Numbered from the stretch's first letter, positions 50,071-63,459 are shown. The stretch: 64,000 nucleotides of DNA from Octopus sinensis (GCF_006345805.1 NW_021833070.1:1-64000), one strand, 5' to 3'. Notes: generated from the sequence alone by a model not told the origin. Made by a program: numbers and translations.

Positions 50071-50205
50071 TGGTCAGTGTTTCCTCGACAGCGAGCAAGT
50101 GTGGTCGCTGTGTGTCAGGTTCACTGTTTCTAGTTCATCTCTTGAGAGAATTGCAGTCCTGGACATACACTTTCATCTTCGATTAAGTCTCATCGACCTT
50201 TTTGA
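50070..50205 (+). mobile_element. Inverted homologous Tx1-like fragment
   Basis: Plus strand CFLDSEQVWSLCVRF, homologous to minus-strand 49790-49945. Confidence 0.7.
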
Positions 50206-51001
50206 TGTGGTTGTTGCTGTCCGTGGTGTTATTAGTGAATATTCAGCTTGTGTTATTGCTTTTGTCACTATTATCATTGCTGTTGTAGCTACTCTTAGTC
50301 TTGTTGTTTCTGTTGCTACTGCTGTTGTTGTTGTTATTTGTTGTTAAGCAACAAGACGGGTAAGGGTGATTAGGTGATGGTCTAGGGCTTAGGGGCGGGA
50401 GACTCTAGACCTTGGAGAAAAAAAAACTTTGGTCGTCTTGTTGTAGTCGAGGGGTCTTCGGTGACGCCCGACACCACTGGGAGGTGGCCCTCGAAGTCGC
50501 TAGAAATGGAGACCTCCAGGTCCAAATTCTTGAACGGCTGCTGTTGTTGTTGCTTCTTATGCTGCTGCTGTCAGTGCTACTTTTGTTTCTGCCATTACAG
50601 TGGTTGTTGTTGCTGCTGCTGCTCTTCTTCTTCTTCTTCTTCTTCTTCTTCTTCTTCTTCTTCTTCTTCTTCTTCTTCTTCTTCTTCTTCTTCTTCTTCT
50701 TCTTCTTCTTCTTCCAATCAGGACTCACGCCATTAGCCACAAAGAATAATCCCTAATTCGAGCTTACTCTAAGCTACTAAGAATGCGTGGGGCAACTTGA
50801 AAATCCATCCAACCACACGCAATAGACTGGTGGTTGCACGGGCGCGAAAGCTACGTTGTTATCCTCATTCCGTAAACGGTGGCTTTTAACGGGTGGAGAG
50901 CTGAACCATCCTGGGGTACAGAGGATTCGCAATAAAGACTAGGGTCTGAAAGTTTACCACACTATTGTGGGTTACACCATGGTTCTTCTACTTTGTGGCA
51001 G

Positions 51002-51193
51002 AAGTAGGAAGAAAGAGTGAGAGAAAGTTATGAGGAAAGAGTACAGCGGAGTTCACCATTCCTCCCCGCCGGAGCCTCGTGGAGCTTAGGTGTTTTTGCT
51101 CAATAAACACTCACAATGACCGGTCTGGGAATCGAAACCGCATTCTTATGACTGCGAGTCCGCTGCCCTAACGACTGGGCCATTGCGCCGCCA
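51002..51193 (-). mobile_element. SINE S3 5' half
   Basis: Reverse complement of the S3 head. Confidence 0.8.
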
Positions 51194-51879
51194 CTGCTGC
51201 CGCTGAGCTATCGCTGCAATTGCCGCCGCTACTGTTGCTATCTTTAGTACCTTTGGCACCTCTGCTGTTGCCATTGTTACCTAACTATCAGTGCTATTGT
51301 TTCTGGTACTACTACTTCTGTAAATATTGTTGTTATTGATGTTGGGGTCATCACTGCTATCACTGTTTACCGTTATGATGATGCTGCAATTAACTGAACT
51401 TAGAACTTTCACGATGAAAACTCCTCCTCCCCTTCCATGAGCCGAATGCTGTCTTCGATACCATTGCTGCTTTTGCTAATGCTACTGTTGTTGTTGTTAT
51501 TGCCGCTGTACCATTGGCACCATCATCTGAGCTTTGAAATTTTAACGCCTGAAAGTCGTCCTACTCCTTTCCATGTGCTGCACCTGTCTTTGCGAATGAC
51601 TTCTAGCATCTCGCTCTGGTTTACTAACCGTGGAAATCAACACCATATCTGTAAAATGCACTTTTATCAAAACAAGATTTGATTATTTTTCTAAAAGAAG
51701 TTTTTGAGTCCCAAAGGGATGGGAAGTAAAAAGCAGTCAAGCAACCCTACGTGTTCTGGTTGACTTAACGAATGTTCTATAAGAAAACTTTCCTCAATTA
51801 ACTTTTGAACGTAAATAACTGAAGCAAATTTAAGAGTAACTTGAGGCTAATATATTACTGACACCTCAACGACGACGAC

Positions 51880-51931
51880 AACAACAGCAGCAGCAGCAGC
51901 AATAACAATAATCATAATAATAATAATAATA

Positions 51932-52018
<87 letters not shown>

Positions 52019-52019
52019 T

Positions 52020-52065
<46 letters not shown>

Positions 52066-52067
52066 TG

Positions 52068-52102
<35 letters not shown>

Positions 52103-52190
52103 TACAATAATAATAATAATAATAACAATAATGATAATAATGATAATAATAATAATGATAATAATAATAATAATAATAATAATAATATTG

Positions 52191-52237
<47 letters not shown>

Positions 52238-52268
52238 TATAATTATTATTACTATTATTACTAATAAT
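51880..52268. repeat. (AAT)n array, first of a series through 55720
   Basis: Direct reading; further arrays at about 53015-53175, 53769-53857, 54225-54340 and 55609-55720. Confidence 0.97.
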
Positions 52269-53014
52269 AGTAGCCCAACATGTCGTGTATGCCGACAACA
52301 AAATGAAACCATTGATCATGTTGTCTCCAAATGCAGTCATCTAGCGCCTACAGAGTACCTCAACCGGCATGATAGAGCTGCACAATATATTCACTGGGTA
52401 ATTTGCAAAAACCTGGATTTGCCCCATGAAAAAAACTGGTGGGAACACAATCCACCTCCTCTGGAACTTCACCATTCAAACTGACAGGAAGATAGATGTA
52501 AATAGGCCAGACATCATATTGAAAGACTTCAGACAAAGAACGTGCCTCCTCATTGATATGACTGTCCCAATCGATATAAACGTATCTGTCAAGACCTACC
52601 AAAAACTGAGCAAATATAAAGATCTTGAAATAGAAATCAGTAAAATGTGGAAGCTGAAGACTAAAACAATACCTGTTGTCATAGGTGCCCTGGGAATGAT
52701 AGCGAAAGGGACTGATTGCTACCTAACTCAGATACCAGGAAACCCCAAAATGGCAGAAATTCAAAAGATAGTGCTCATGGGAACTGCTCATATCCTACGC
52801 AAAATACTTTCTATGTAATCCCAAGGTTTAAAACAAACTTTTTTTTATTTAATTATTTTTTTTTTTTTTTTTATGTATTAGACATTCACTAGTACAACAC
52901 CAAAAAAAAAAAAACAAATATATGGCACAGAACTTCCAACCTGTTGTCTCTTGAGGTCTCTGGGTGAGACTTGGAGCCAACTTGTACAGACATAAAGCAA
53001 AAGTCAAACATAGA
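52269..53014 (+). mobile_element. R4/Dong-like non-LTR element, subfamily A, 5'-truncated (CCHC knuckle, RLE, 3'UTR)
   Basis: CRVCRQQNETIDHVVSKC..RHD..IHW; LWNFTIQTDRKIDVNRPDIIL..IDMTVP..KLSKY..PVVIGALG..QKIVLMGTAHILRK; small deletion frameshift near 52455. Confidence 0.92.
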
Positions 53015-53113
53015 TTAATAATAATAATAATAATGATAATAATAATAATAATAATCACAATAATAATAATAATAATAATGGTAATAATAATAATAATGAT
53101 AATGATAATAATG

Positions 53114-53175
<62 letters not shown>

Positions 53176-53176
<1 letters not shown>

Positions 53177-53572
53177 TTGTTTTGTCTTGGTATAAAAGAT
53201 GGGCTACAGCAAATATTCTGCTCAATACCACAGATTTGCTTGTCAGTTGTTTAACCGTAACCAGTTGAGCATGTCCCTTAGTGGCTGACGATATGTGCAT
53301 CTCTGATCACGAGCAGAAGTAGTGGGGGAGCATCATAGCCATGTGTTGAGAGGGATTCTTTGGGGTTTGAATAGTTCACCTCTGGAAACATGGGTGGTTC
53401 TTTCAATATCCTTAAACAACCCTTATTCAGGGACCGTTTGAGCGGGATGGGCTACTCAACCCGAAGAAAATTCTAACTGGGCCCCACCTGCAAGGGTAGT
53501 CATGATGGGTATATTGGGCTTCGTATATTTTACCCCAGTGTCACTTTGATGGCATGAACTGCTCTCTCACTC
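53176..53572 (+). mobile_element. Element B, second copy, between (AAT)n arrays
   Basis: Colinear with 2320-2797; lacks about 85 bp between GCAAGG and GTAGTC. Confidence 0.8.
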
Positions 53573-53598
53573 AATGATAATAATAATAATATTAATAA

Positions 53599-53766
53599 AG
53601 ATTGGTTTGAAAGTAGAAAACCTACAAAAATCAGCATTGCTTAGAACTGCAAGAATTCTTCGCAGGGTTCTTGAAACATGACCAGTAAACAAGCGTCATC
53701 TTAGTCTGCTGGCTGTGGACAGCTAACACTTTCCATCATACTCAGCAAAATAAGCTGTGAGTTTCC

Positions 53767-53768
<2 letters not shown>
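53599..53768 (+). mobile_element. R4/Dong-like 3' end, distinct subfamily
   Basis: IGLKVENLQKSALLRTARILRRVLET*, then a 3'UTR running into (AAT)n. Confidence 0.8.
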
Positions 53769-53828
<60 letters not shown>

Positions 53829-53857
53829 TAATAATAATAATAATAATAATAATTATA

Positions 53858-54222
53858 AATGTGGAACCTGAAGACTAAAACAATACCTGTTGTCATAGGT
53901 GCCCTGGGAATGATAGCAAAGGGGCTGATACCAGGAAACCCAAAAATGGCAGAAATTCAAAAGATAGTGCTCATGGGAACTGCTCATATCCTACGCAAAA
54001 TACTTTCTATGTAATCTCAAGGTTTAAAACAAACATAATTTTCGGTTTAAAAAAAAAAAAATTTTTTTTTAGACATTCATTAGTACAACACCAAAAACTC
54101 CCCACCAAATATATGGCACACTAGGCATAACAACAACATGAACTTTCAACCTGTTGTCTCTTGAGGTCTCTGGGTGAGACTTGGAGCCAACTTGTACAAA
54201 TATAAAGCAAAAGTCAAACATA

Positions 54223-54224
<2 letters not shown>
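53858..54224 (+). mobile_element. R4/Dong-like subfamily A, second shorter copy
   Basis: Near-identical to the end of 52269-53014 including the 3' terminus AAAGTCAAACATAGA. Confidence 0.92.
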
Positions 54225-54310
<86 letters not shown>

Positions 54311-54340
54311 CACAATAATAATAATCACAATAATAATAAT

Positions 54341-55024
54341 AGGAGAGTTTGAAAGGAATACACAGGACGTTAAGGATAATACAGCATCGTGGGCATGGTT
54401 TGAGCGAAGTGATTTGAAGCGTACCACCGAAACCATGATCATTGCTGCACAAGACCATACTCTCGCTACCAAGTCAGTGAAGTATAACATCTATAAAACT
54501 TCTGACACCCAAAAATGCAGACTCTGTGGAAAGACTGTGGAAAATGCGACCCACTTAGTAAGTGGATGTGAAAGCCTTGCACAAAAAGAATACAAGCGCC
54601 GCCATGATAAAGTGTGTGTGTATGTCTTCATTGGCTCTTATGCCGTGAATACCAATATGAAGTAACAGAGAACTGGCATGAGCATGTACTAAGTAAAGTT
54701 ATGCAGGAGGATGGAAAAGTAACGAGACTCTGGGACTATGATTTTCAGACGGATCGTGTAATCAAACAACATCAGCCGGATATTGTCATATTGAATAAGA
54801 GAGACAAATACTGTCAGATCATTGATGTAGCTATACCAAATGACATGAATGTTGTGAGTAAAGAGGTTGAAAAAATCACTAAATACTCTGAATCGAAAGT
54901 GGAAATGGCAAGACTGTATGGAATGCGAGAGGGTAGTGTAAAAGTGATACCAGCGGTAATCGGAGCGTTGGGCTCAATTCCATTGAAACTTCAAGACTTC
55001 TTAAGGCAACTTTCCCGGCGTGTT
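54341..55024 (+). mobile_element. R4/Dong-like subfamily C fragment
   Basis: WFERSDLKRTTETMIIAAQD..CRLCGKTVENATHLVSGC..RHDKV; LWDYDFQTD..QPDIV..IIDVAIP..EKITKY..VIGALG; one extra GT unit at about 54612 causes the frameshift. Confidence 0.92.
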
Positions 55025-55048
55025 AAAATAATAATAATACTGATAATA

Positions 55049-55608
55049 ACACCTGCTTACTGATAGACATTGCAGTCGCTTCTGATCAAAATATTGTCAA
55101 AAGAAGTGGAGAAATTGTCCAAGTACAAAGAAGTATTCAAGATGTGGGGCATGAAGGTGAAAACAATACCACTAATAATTGGAGAATTGGGCATGATAAA
55201 AACAAAATGAACAAAAGCGTAGAAGCTATACCTGGCTCCTTAAAACTACACACTATCCAAAAAGTAGCCCTGCTAGGAACAGCCCACATTTACACAAGAC
55301 ACTATCAGTTCAATAATACAACCTAAACAAAACAACCCACAAACACAAAACATATACAGCGATTATCCAGTGAAATAAACTTCCGCCAGCAAGCTAGTTA
55401 ACCAATGCACTGCACACTCAACACACAATACAAGCAGTAATACAACAAAAGACTGCACCACATCTCAAGACAAAAAATAACTGATGTGATATAATACCGG
55501 GAAGAGTTTGCACACTCCCAGCAACAGAAAAGAAAACACAATGTTGCAACATGGAGGTGTAGCAGGTGATGTAGAAGAAATTTGCCTGAAACTACCAAGA
55601 GTTGAACA
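55049..55608 (+). mobile_element. R4/Dong-like subfamily D 3' end
   Basis: TCLLIDIAV.SDQN..EKLSKYK..MWGMKVKTIPLIIG..IPGSLKLHTIQKVALLGTAHI, then a long 3'UTR into (AAT)n. Confidence 0.82.
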
Positions 55609-55644
55609 ATGATAATAATAATAATAATGATAATAATAATAATA

Positions 55645-55698
<54 letters not shown>

Positions 55699-55804
55699 TA
55701 ATAATAATAATAATAGCAATAAAAAAAAACAAGCATTAGAGGTATCGTTTCTAAGTAAAATAAATCCCAAAATATTCCTAAAAATTGATACAAAATATTG
55801 TTTA

Positions 55805-55883
<79 letters not shown>

Positions 55884-56079
55884 TGCATGTGTGTATGCAT
55901 ATGTAAATGTATGTATATGTATATATGTATACGTGCATGTATTCATATATATATATATATATATATAATATATATATATATATATACGTACATATACATA
56001 CATACCCATAAATTTAAACCCATGTGTATGTGAGAGGGAGAGAGAAAGAGCGAGAGAGAAAGAGAAAGAGAGAGAGAAC

Positions 56080-56167
<88 letters not shown>

Positions 56168-56715
56168 TGTGTGTGTGTTTGTGCGTGTGGGTGAAACGTT
56201 ACAAATGGTCAAACGAACAAACATTGTGTGTATTTTTCAAATTTTATTGAATTGATTAGTGAGAAACTGTTGAGCCACCGACGCAAATTACTCGTTTGCC
56301 GGAACTGCACTGTTTAAATTCCTGTTACTATCCGTATCTTTTCTCCTTTGTTTATTTTGTTAAAAAAAATCCTTGTTTATATGTTTTCCCACGCAAAAAT
56401 CGAAAGAAACAAAAAGCGAACGCATCACCAACGTCACCCAGGCGACAAAATTCACTGGAAGTGTGTGTGAGAAATATCACTTATTTTTAAATAAACACAA
56501 AAATGGAATGAAAATATAAAGTAAATGTTACATTTAACAATTTTGAAACCGAATACATTGTTTTGACGGCAAATTTCTCAAACTGCTAACTCATGTCATA
56601 GAAATAAAAGATAAACAGTCCCTATAAATGACCCAAAGTAAACCAATGGATGTAATCGGCCGTCAGTTAGAAAACAAATCTTAGTTTATAATGTTTATAT
56701 GTAAAACGTATAAAT

Positions 56716-56907
56716 GTGTATGTATGTATGTATGTATGTATGTATGTATGTATGAATGTATGTATGTATGTATATATGTATGTATGCATTTATGTATGTA
56801 TGTATGTATGTATGAATGTATGTATGTATGTATGTATGAATGTATGTATGTATGTATGTATGAATGTATGTATGTATGTATGTATGTATGTATGTATGTA
56901 TGTATAG
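56716..56907. repeat. (TATG)n microsatellite
   Basis: Direct reading. Confidence 0.97.
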
Positions 56908-57662
56908 ATATATAAATATACACCCATACTTACACCCCACACATACACGTGTGTAGATAGATAGATAGATAGTACACTGGCATTAATGATATTGCTTTTA
57001 TAAACCAAAATATTGCACCTTACAACTAAACTTTCTACAGCAAATTCTCTTTCTTCCTTTCTTTCTTTCCTTCTTTCATTTTTTTCTTTCTTTCTTTCTC
57101 TCCCTCAGTTATATGTCCGGATCTTTCGAAACACGCAACAGGGTATCTCGTTCCTCAGATGGGCAAGCTCACTGACACTAGCAACCGTGTCTGGCATGCG
57201 AATATTTTGTCAAATGCCTGCTTATGACCAGCTTTTGCGTCTCTCATCTCTACGGTCCGTGTTTTCCTATCAGATCACACTATCGCACCACGTGCTGATG
57301 GAGTTTTGTTTCATTCACACCTTATCAATTTCAGTGAGTACTAGTATTTTTTTTGTTTTGTCCTTTGTCCCCTGCACTCTTCCCGGTATAATCCCCATCG
57401 TCCCATTTACCGTCAATTCTGACAACGCCCACATTTTCTCCATCATACTGACCTTCGTTCTTCCATTACCTTCAACATTCATATACAACCAAAACAAATC
57501 CCGTCAAAAACCTACACTCACTCCCTGAACAAAGCTCTCGAAAATAATCTCAAATTTAATCATAACTATCTTGCTTCTTTCAACAGTAAAAAACATAATC
57601 CTCATACATACCAAGAAAACACTTGTAACCATCATCTCTATAAAGCGCGAACAGCGCACAAC

Positions 57663-58878
57663 CATTATGTTATCAAAAAAGTTCTTGCGGTTTTTGACCT
57701 TTAAATTCAGATGCACATATCTCAGCTCAAACAAAACTTTATTAATAGAAATAAACACCATCAGAATCAACACACGTTTGCCAACGCGAACCAAGTTTAC
57801 TTATGCCAGTAGCGTAAAAATCCTGCATTCTGGTGGCGATGAAGTCATTGAAGGCGTGTTTGGTATCGTCTCGGTTTTTTAAGCATTTCTCACGCAGGAA
57901 GTTGTTGGGATACTTGAAAAAGTGGTAGTCGGTAGGATGAGGCAGAGTTTCGTAGCCCAATTCGTTCAACTCCTACAGAGTCAGTTGTGCGACGTGCGGC
58001 CGAGCGTTGTTGTGGAGAAGAATTGGTCCTTTTTTATTGACTAATGCTGGCTGTTGTCGGAGTTTCTTATGGATTTCATCCATTTACTGACAGTACTTCT
58101 CTGCCGTAATGGTTTCGCCTGGATCCAAAAAGCTGTGATGGATGAGACCGGCCGCAAACCACCAAACAGTCACCATGACCTTCTTTTGGTGCAACTTTGA
58201 CTTCGGGAAGTGCTGTGGAGCTTTGTCGGCGTCCAACCACTGAGCTGAGTGTCGCCAGTTGTCGTAAAGAATCCACTTTTCATCGCAAGTCACAAACAGG
58301 TCGTTCTTGTTGCGTAAAAGAAGGGAAGATAGCAATTCAATTCGTGCGGCACCCATTTCTCAAGTATTTTTGTTTTACCAATCTCTTTCAAGTGGTTGGA
58401 AATTGTCGTATACGTTACGTCTAATTCAGAAGCAAGCTCTAGAAAGTTGTGCGTGGATTGGCTTCTACAAAGGCTGTTAGCTGATCGTTGTCAACATCCG
58501 ACCACTACGCTTATCATCTTCAAGACTCTCATCACCGCTACAAAATTTCTTAAACCACCATTGTGCTATAAGTTCTTTAGTGGTTCCTGGGCCAAACGCA
58601 TTATTGATATCGCGAACTGTTTCAGCAGCTTTTCGGCCTAGCTTGAACTGGAATAAGAAAATTGTGCGAATTTGCTTTTTGTCTATGTTGTATTCAACGT
58701 TACGGAAAAAAATGGCCTAATTATTCAAAAAGAAAAAGAGTAACACGATTAGATAGAGCGAAAAACGGGCTTTAAAATGATTTATAAAGACAAAGTAATT
58801 TAACGAAAATTAATTTGAAAATACACCATTTAAAACCAAAATTAAAAATTCCGCAAGAACTTTCTTGGCAACCTAATA
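57663..58878 (-). mobile_element. Near full-length decayed mariner, Hsmar1/cecropia-like
   Basis: TIR TATTAGGTTGCCAAGAAAGTTCTTGCGG and a degenerate mate; DKKQIRTIFLFQFKLGRKAAET..; VTCDEKWILYDN..HQKKVMVTVWW; HDNARPH; NELGYETLPHP/TDYHFF (YSPDL deleted). Confidence 0.93.
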
Positions 58879-59269
58879 GAAGCCTCACAATCGCTTCAAA
58901 TGCTAAGTTCGGCTATTATTGAAGCTCTTTCTTGACGAACGCACACTCTTAACATAGTAAAAATTGCAATACAGGAGCATGCCATTATTTTCAGTGCAAG
59001 AGAACTACTAACCATCAACTAATAATCATTTGCAATACTCAGATGAGGGACGTAATGGAGTACCGCTTTCAGATTAGGAATTATGCAGCTGCTTTATACA
59101 GGTATGTTAGAGAAATCAGTCAAATGATTGGCATAAAGTCGTGGACTTAGTCCAACCTCCAGCCCACAAATGCACCGTTTTCACACTTTCTGTCGCTCTC
59201 TCCCTCTCTTTTTCTTTCTTATTCCCCCCTCTCTCTCCTCCCTTCCTTAGCGCTAGTATAGTACACTAG

Positions 59270-59658
59270 TGGAGGCGCAATGGCCCAGTGGTTAGGGCAG
59301 CCGACTCGCGGTCGTAGGATCGCGGTTTCGATTCCCAGACCGGGCGTTGTGAGTGTTTATTGAGCGAAAACACCTAAAAAGCTCCACGAGGCTCCGGCAG
59401 GGGATGGTGGAGATCACTGCTGTACTCTTTCACCACAACTTTCTCTCACTCTTACTTCCTGTTTCTGTTGTACCTGTATTTCAAGGGGCCGGCCTTGTCA
59501 CTTTCTGTGTCACGCTGAATATCCCCGAGAACTACGTTAAGGGTACACGTGTCTGTGGAGTGCTCAGCCACTTACACGTTAATTTCACGAGCAGGCTGTT
59601 CCGTTGATTCGGATCAACCGGAACCCTCGTCGTCGTAACCGACGGAGTGCTTCCATCC
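59270..59658 (+). mobile_element. SINE S3, full length with 12-bp TSD
   Basis: TSD ATAGTACACTAG at 59258-59269 and 59659-59670; A box TGGCCCAGTGG, B box GGTTTCGATTCC. Confidence 0.92.
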
Positions 59659-59960
59659 ATAGTACACTAGCTCCTCGGAACTGGCAGGCCTTGTCCTTCC
59701 TCCACTCACGCATCTACGATTCACTTATCTCTCCTCCTCCTCCTCCTCCTCCTCCTCTCATTTCCTATATTATATTCAAACATTCATGTCAAGACATGCA
59801 TTAGTCCCCAACCTCGATGCCTTTTTTTTTCTACTTTTCTTCCTAGAACGCCAGTCCTCTGGAATTAACCTCTGTGCACGTCTTTTCTGCATTGGAGAAC
59901 TTGCAATAGATTAAGCAGACCATCAACGGCCTTCAGTCTCACTGGTTTTACACCAAATTA

Positions 59961-60004
<44 letters not shown>

Positions 60005-60138
60005 ATGTCTGTATATATGTCTGTATGTATGTATGCATAAATATATACATACAAACACACATACCCGCATACATACATATTTACACACATACACACACAT
60101 GTATATGTGTGTGTGTATGTGTATATTTATATACTATA

Positions 60139-60531
60139 CTAGCAGTATCGCCCGACGTTGCTCGGGTTTGTAAGGGAAATAACTATATAAGCATTTTTAG
60201 AGATGTAAAGTATAATAGCCATCTCAATATGGCTAACCACAAAGGGGGGGGGGTGTTACTGTAGCTTTTTACGTTCTGAGATTTAATAATAAATTTTTAG
60301 AGAGTTACTTCCATTATATATGCCAAAATGCATTAAAAATGGGAAAAATTGATGGTAATTTTTTTTTAATCGTAGACTCATCGTAGACGCGCGCTAATAC
60401 CCAGAAGGGCTCGATATGAATCACGACTATAAGATACCCGGTTTTGGTTAAACTGCACCGCAAAATGTGGGAGTAGTTAGGAATCTAAATCGTAGGAGAC
60501 AGACACACAACCTCACTTTTATATATAAAGA
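60139..60531 (-). mobile_element. Non-autonomous Helitron (same family as 34830-35227)
   Basis: Minus strand A|TC...hairpin...CTAG|T. Confidence 0.88.
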
Positions 60532-61192
60532 TATATATATATATGTGTGTGTATGTATATTTATATACTATATATATATATGTGTGTGTGTATGCATGAG
60601 CATACATGGGTTAGTGTGCATGTATATTGTATGATAACAGGTAATAAACCGAAGCGTCGAAATCACAGACAAACTTTTCCTTGTAAAAATTAATAAAGTT
60701 GACACTGTATTAAAGAGTATTGAGTGATCCGTCAATTTGACGTTCAACTATTTTTATAGATAGCTTTATATTTTGTTTATCTTCTCTTGAAACGGAAATA
60801 ATGTTATAGAAATCATGAATTTATCTACTCCGGAATTTTCGCACAAATTCAAATGATTGTAGTTGGATTGGAGCAAGTATACTACATCTTTCCTCTGAGA
60901 GAGTTGTTTATCAGGTACAAATTACAGGTGTTACTGGAAAAGATTTACATTTCCACAGGTTGAAACAATCTTTCCCGCTAGACGAAATCAATTTATTTTC
61001 GTTGACACTACTTTTGTATGCCTTTTTAAGTGCTGTCTGTTGTACACCTGGGAAACATTAGGGAAAAGGGATGTCTTTTGCTTTCTCTAAACCAGTGGTT
61101 CTCAACCATTTTTGACCCATGGATCCTTTGATTCCTGTTATATTCAAGTGGGTCCAAAAAGCCTATTATATTTATATAATTGAATATTATTT

Positions 61193-61547
61193 TTTTTACT
61201 TGTTTCAGTCATTTGACTGCGACCATGCTGGAGCACCGCCTTTAATCACACAAATCGAACCCAGGATTTTTTTTTGTAAGCCTAGTACTTATTCTATCGG
61301 TCTGTTAGGCCGAGCCGCTAAGTTACACACCATCATCGGTTGTCAAGCGATGTTTGGGGAACAAACACAGACACAGAAATACATACATACGACAGGCTTC
61401 TTTCAGTTTCCGTCTACCAAATCCACTCACAAGGCTTTGGTCGGCCCGAGGCTATACTAGAAGACGCTTGCCGAAGGTGCTACGCAGTGAGTCTGGACTC
61501 GGGACCATGTGGTTGGTAAGCAAGCTACTTACCACACAGTCACTCCT
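61193..61547 (-). mobile_element. SINE S1, diverged
   Basis: Reverse complement of S1. Confidence 0.8.
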
Positions 61548-61747
61548 GTTTGTTTTTATGAATTTTTTATTATTTTATGAATTCTTGTCGAATATTATAT
61601 AATTAAATTAGATATTACACTTTGCTGCGAAGCCGAAACGAAAAGTCAAAGTAGCTGCCTGCAAATGGTTAGACATTCAGCTCTGATACTCTCTTTACTA
61701 TAACAGATTGAAATAAAAATGAAACTAGAAAGGTCAAAGGACTCTCT

Positions 61748-61973
61748 CTCTTTACTCTTTTACTTGTTTCAGTCATTTGACTGTGGCCATGCTGGAGCAC
61801 CGCCTTTAGTCGAGCAAATCGACCTTAGAACTTATTCTTTGTAAGCCTAGTACTTATTCTATCGGTCTCTTTTGCCGAACCGCTAAGTTACGGGGACGTA
61901 AACACACCAGCATCGGTTGTTAAGCGATGTTGGGGGGGACAAACACAGACACACAAACATACACACACACACA

Positions 61974-62004
<31 letters not shown>

Positions 62005-62007
62005 CAC

Positions 62008-62075
<68 letters not shown>

Positions 62076-62220
62076 TATACGACGGGCTTCTTTCAGTTTC
62101 CGTCTATCAAATCCACTCACAAGGCTTTGTTCGTCCCGAGGCTATAGTAGAAGACACTTGCTCAAGGTGCCACGCAGTGGAACTGAATCCAGAACCATGT
62201 GGTTCGTAAGTAAGCTACTT
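61748..62220 (-). mobile_element. SINE S1
   Basis: Reverse complement of S1. Confidence 0.88.
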
Positions 62221-62483
62221 ATGTTAAAATTAAACTGGATATTAAAAATAATTGTAGAAAAAGAAATATGTTTTTGTTGTCTTTTCTGTTTTTGTACACC
62301 AGCTGAAGAACAAGTGAGGTTGTTCTCAAAACGCACCACGATGTCTTCGAGTGTGTGAACCTTCTTTGATAGTCACAAGGAAAGAACACCGAAAATATAC
62401 GGATGAGCCTGATCTCTTTTGGACACGTACGGACGTACGCACACGTACCCATACACACAATTACGAAATGAAATCCTTACCAT

Positions 62484-62920
62484 AAATCTTTTCAGTTTGA
62501 ACGACAGTTTTTAAAATAATTTCCACGTAACTAAACACTTTTAAACTTCGTATACTGGTAGAATGTTTTTATAAAACATCTTTTTCTCTTGGGTTTATTG
62601 AGAAAATTCTATAGTTTGTAAGATATTTGTTGTTGTTTTTTCCTCAATTTCTGCAATTTCAACCAATCAATGACGTCTATTGAGGTGAAAACATTCTGTG
62701 CCGTATGAAGAAACAGATTGGGTTTATTTACATTTATGAAGAAAAAAGATACCCTTTCCCCTACCCCTAACCCTAACCCAAACCCTAACTAACCCTAACT
62801 AACCCTGACCCTAAACCTAAAACAGATTGAAATGCAATAGATCGATACTAGGGTCATAATTATGGGTGACAATTTCATATGACACCGCTAGAAAAAATGT
62901 CGTCCAAACCGAAAAGATCC
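62484..62920. mobile_element. MITE, same family as 6103-6514, with (CCCTAA)n-like tract
   Basis: Same TIRs; CCCTAACCCTAACCCAAACCCTAACTAACCCTAA at about 62765-62820. Confidence 0.85.
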
Positions 62921-63254
62921 TAAATCTCGTAATATCTCGTAAAGTTTACATGTTATCTTCCTGGAAAACTTTAACAGAGAAAAGATAGATTGTGCTTATT
63001 CTAAATTACTTTGAACGTCTGTAAACCTGTGTGTTGAGCCATCTATCTATCCGAGTTGATGCGAAATATGAACTATCAGTTTGTTTTGTTTAAATATTTA
63101 TAGTTAAATATATGGATATACATTTTTATCAGTTCTTGGACGTATAAAATAACGAGTATAGAACAGTGAATTCCCACAGGTGTTGGCCTCAAAAATTGAA
63201 ATAATGAAGAATTAAAGATTGAAAATTTCAAAAAGAGAATATGCATATTCACAT

Positions 63255-63319
63255 GCATGTACACACACACACACACACACACGCATGTATGCATGCATGC
63301 ACATATATATGTATATGTA

Positions 63320-63387
<68 letters not shown>

Positions 63388-63410
63388 GTATATATATATA
63401 TATATGTATG

Positions 63411-63459
<49 letters not shown>

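Noticed and set aside
50405-50545. CpG-rich minus-strand frame PFKNLDLEVSISSDFEGHLPVVSG
   Set aside because: Short, flanked by simple repeats, with no splice or homology support
57013-57660. 171-aa ORF and adjacent GC-richer sequence with a good acceptor at about 57107
   Set aside because: N-terminus is (CTTT)n-derived and no domain was recognised; probably a decayed TE, unassignable without a search
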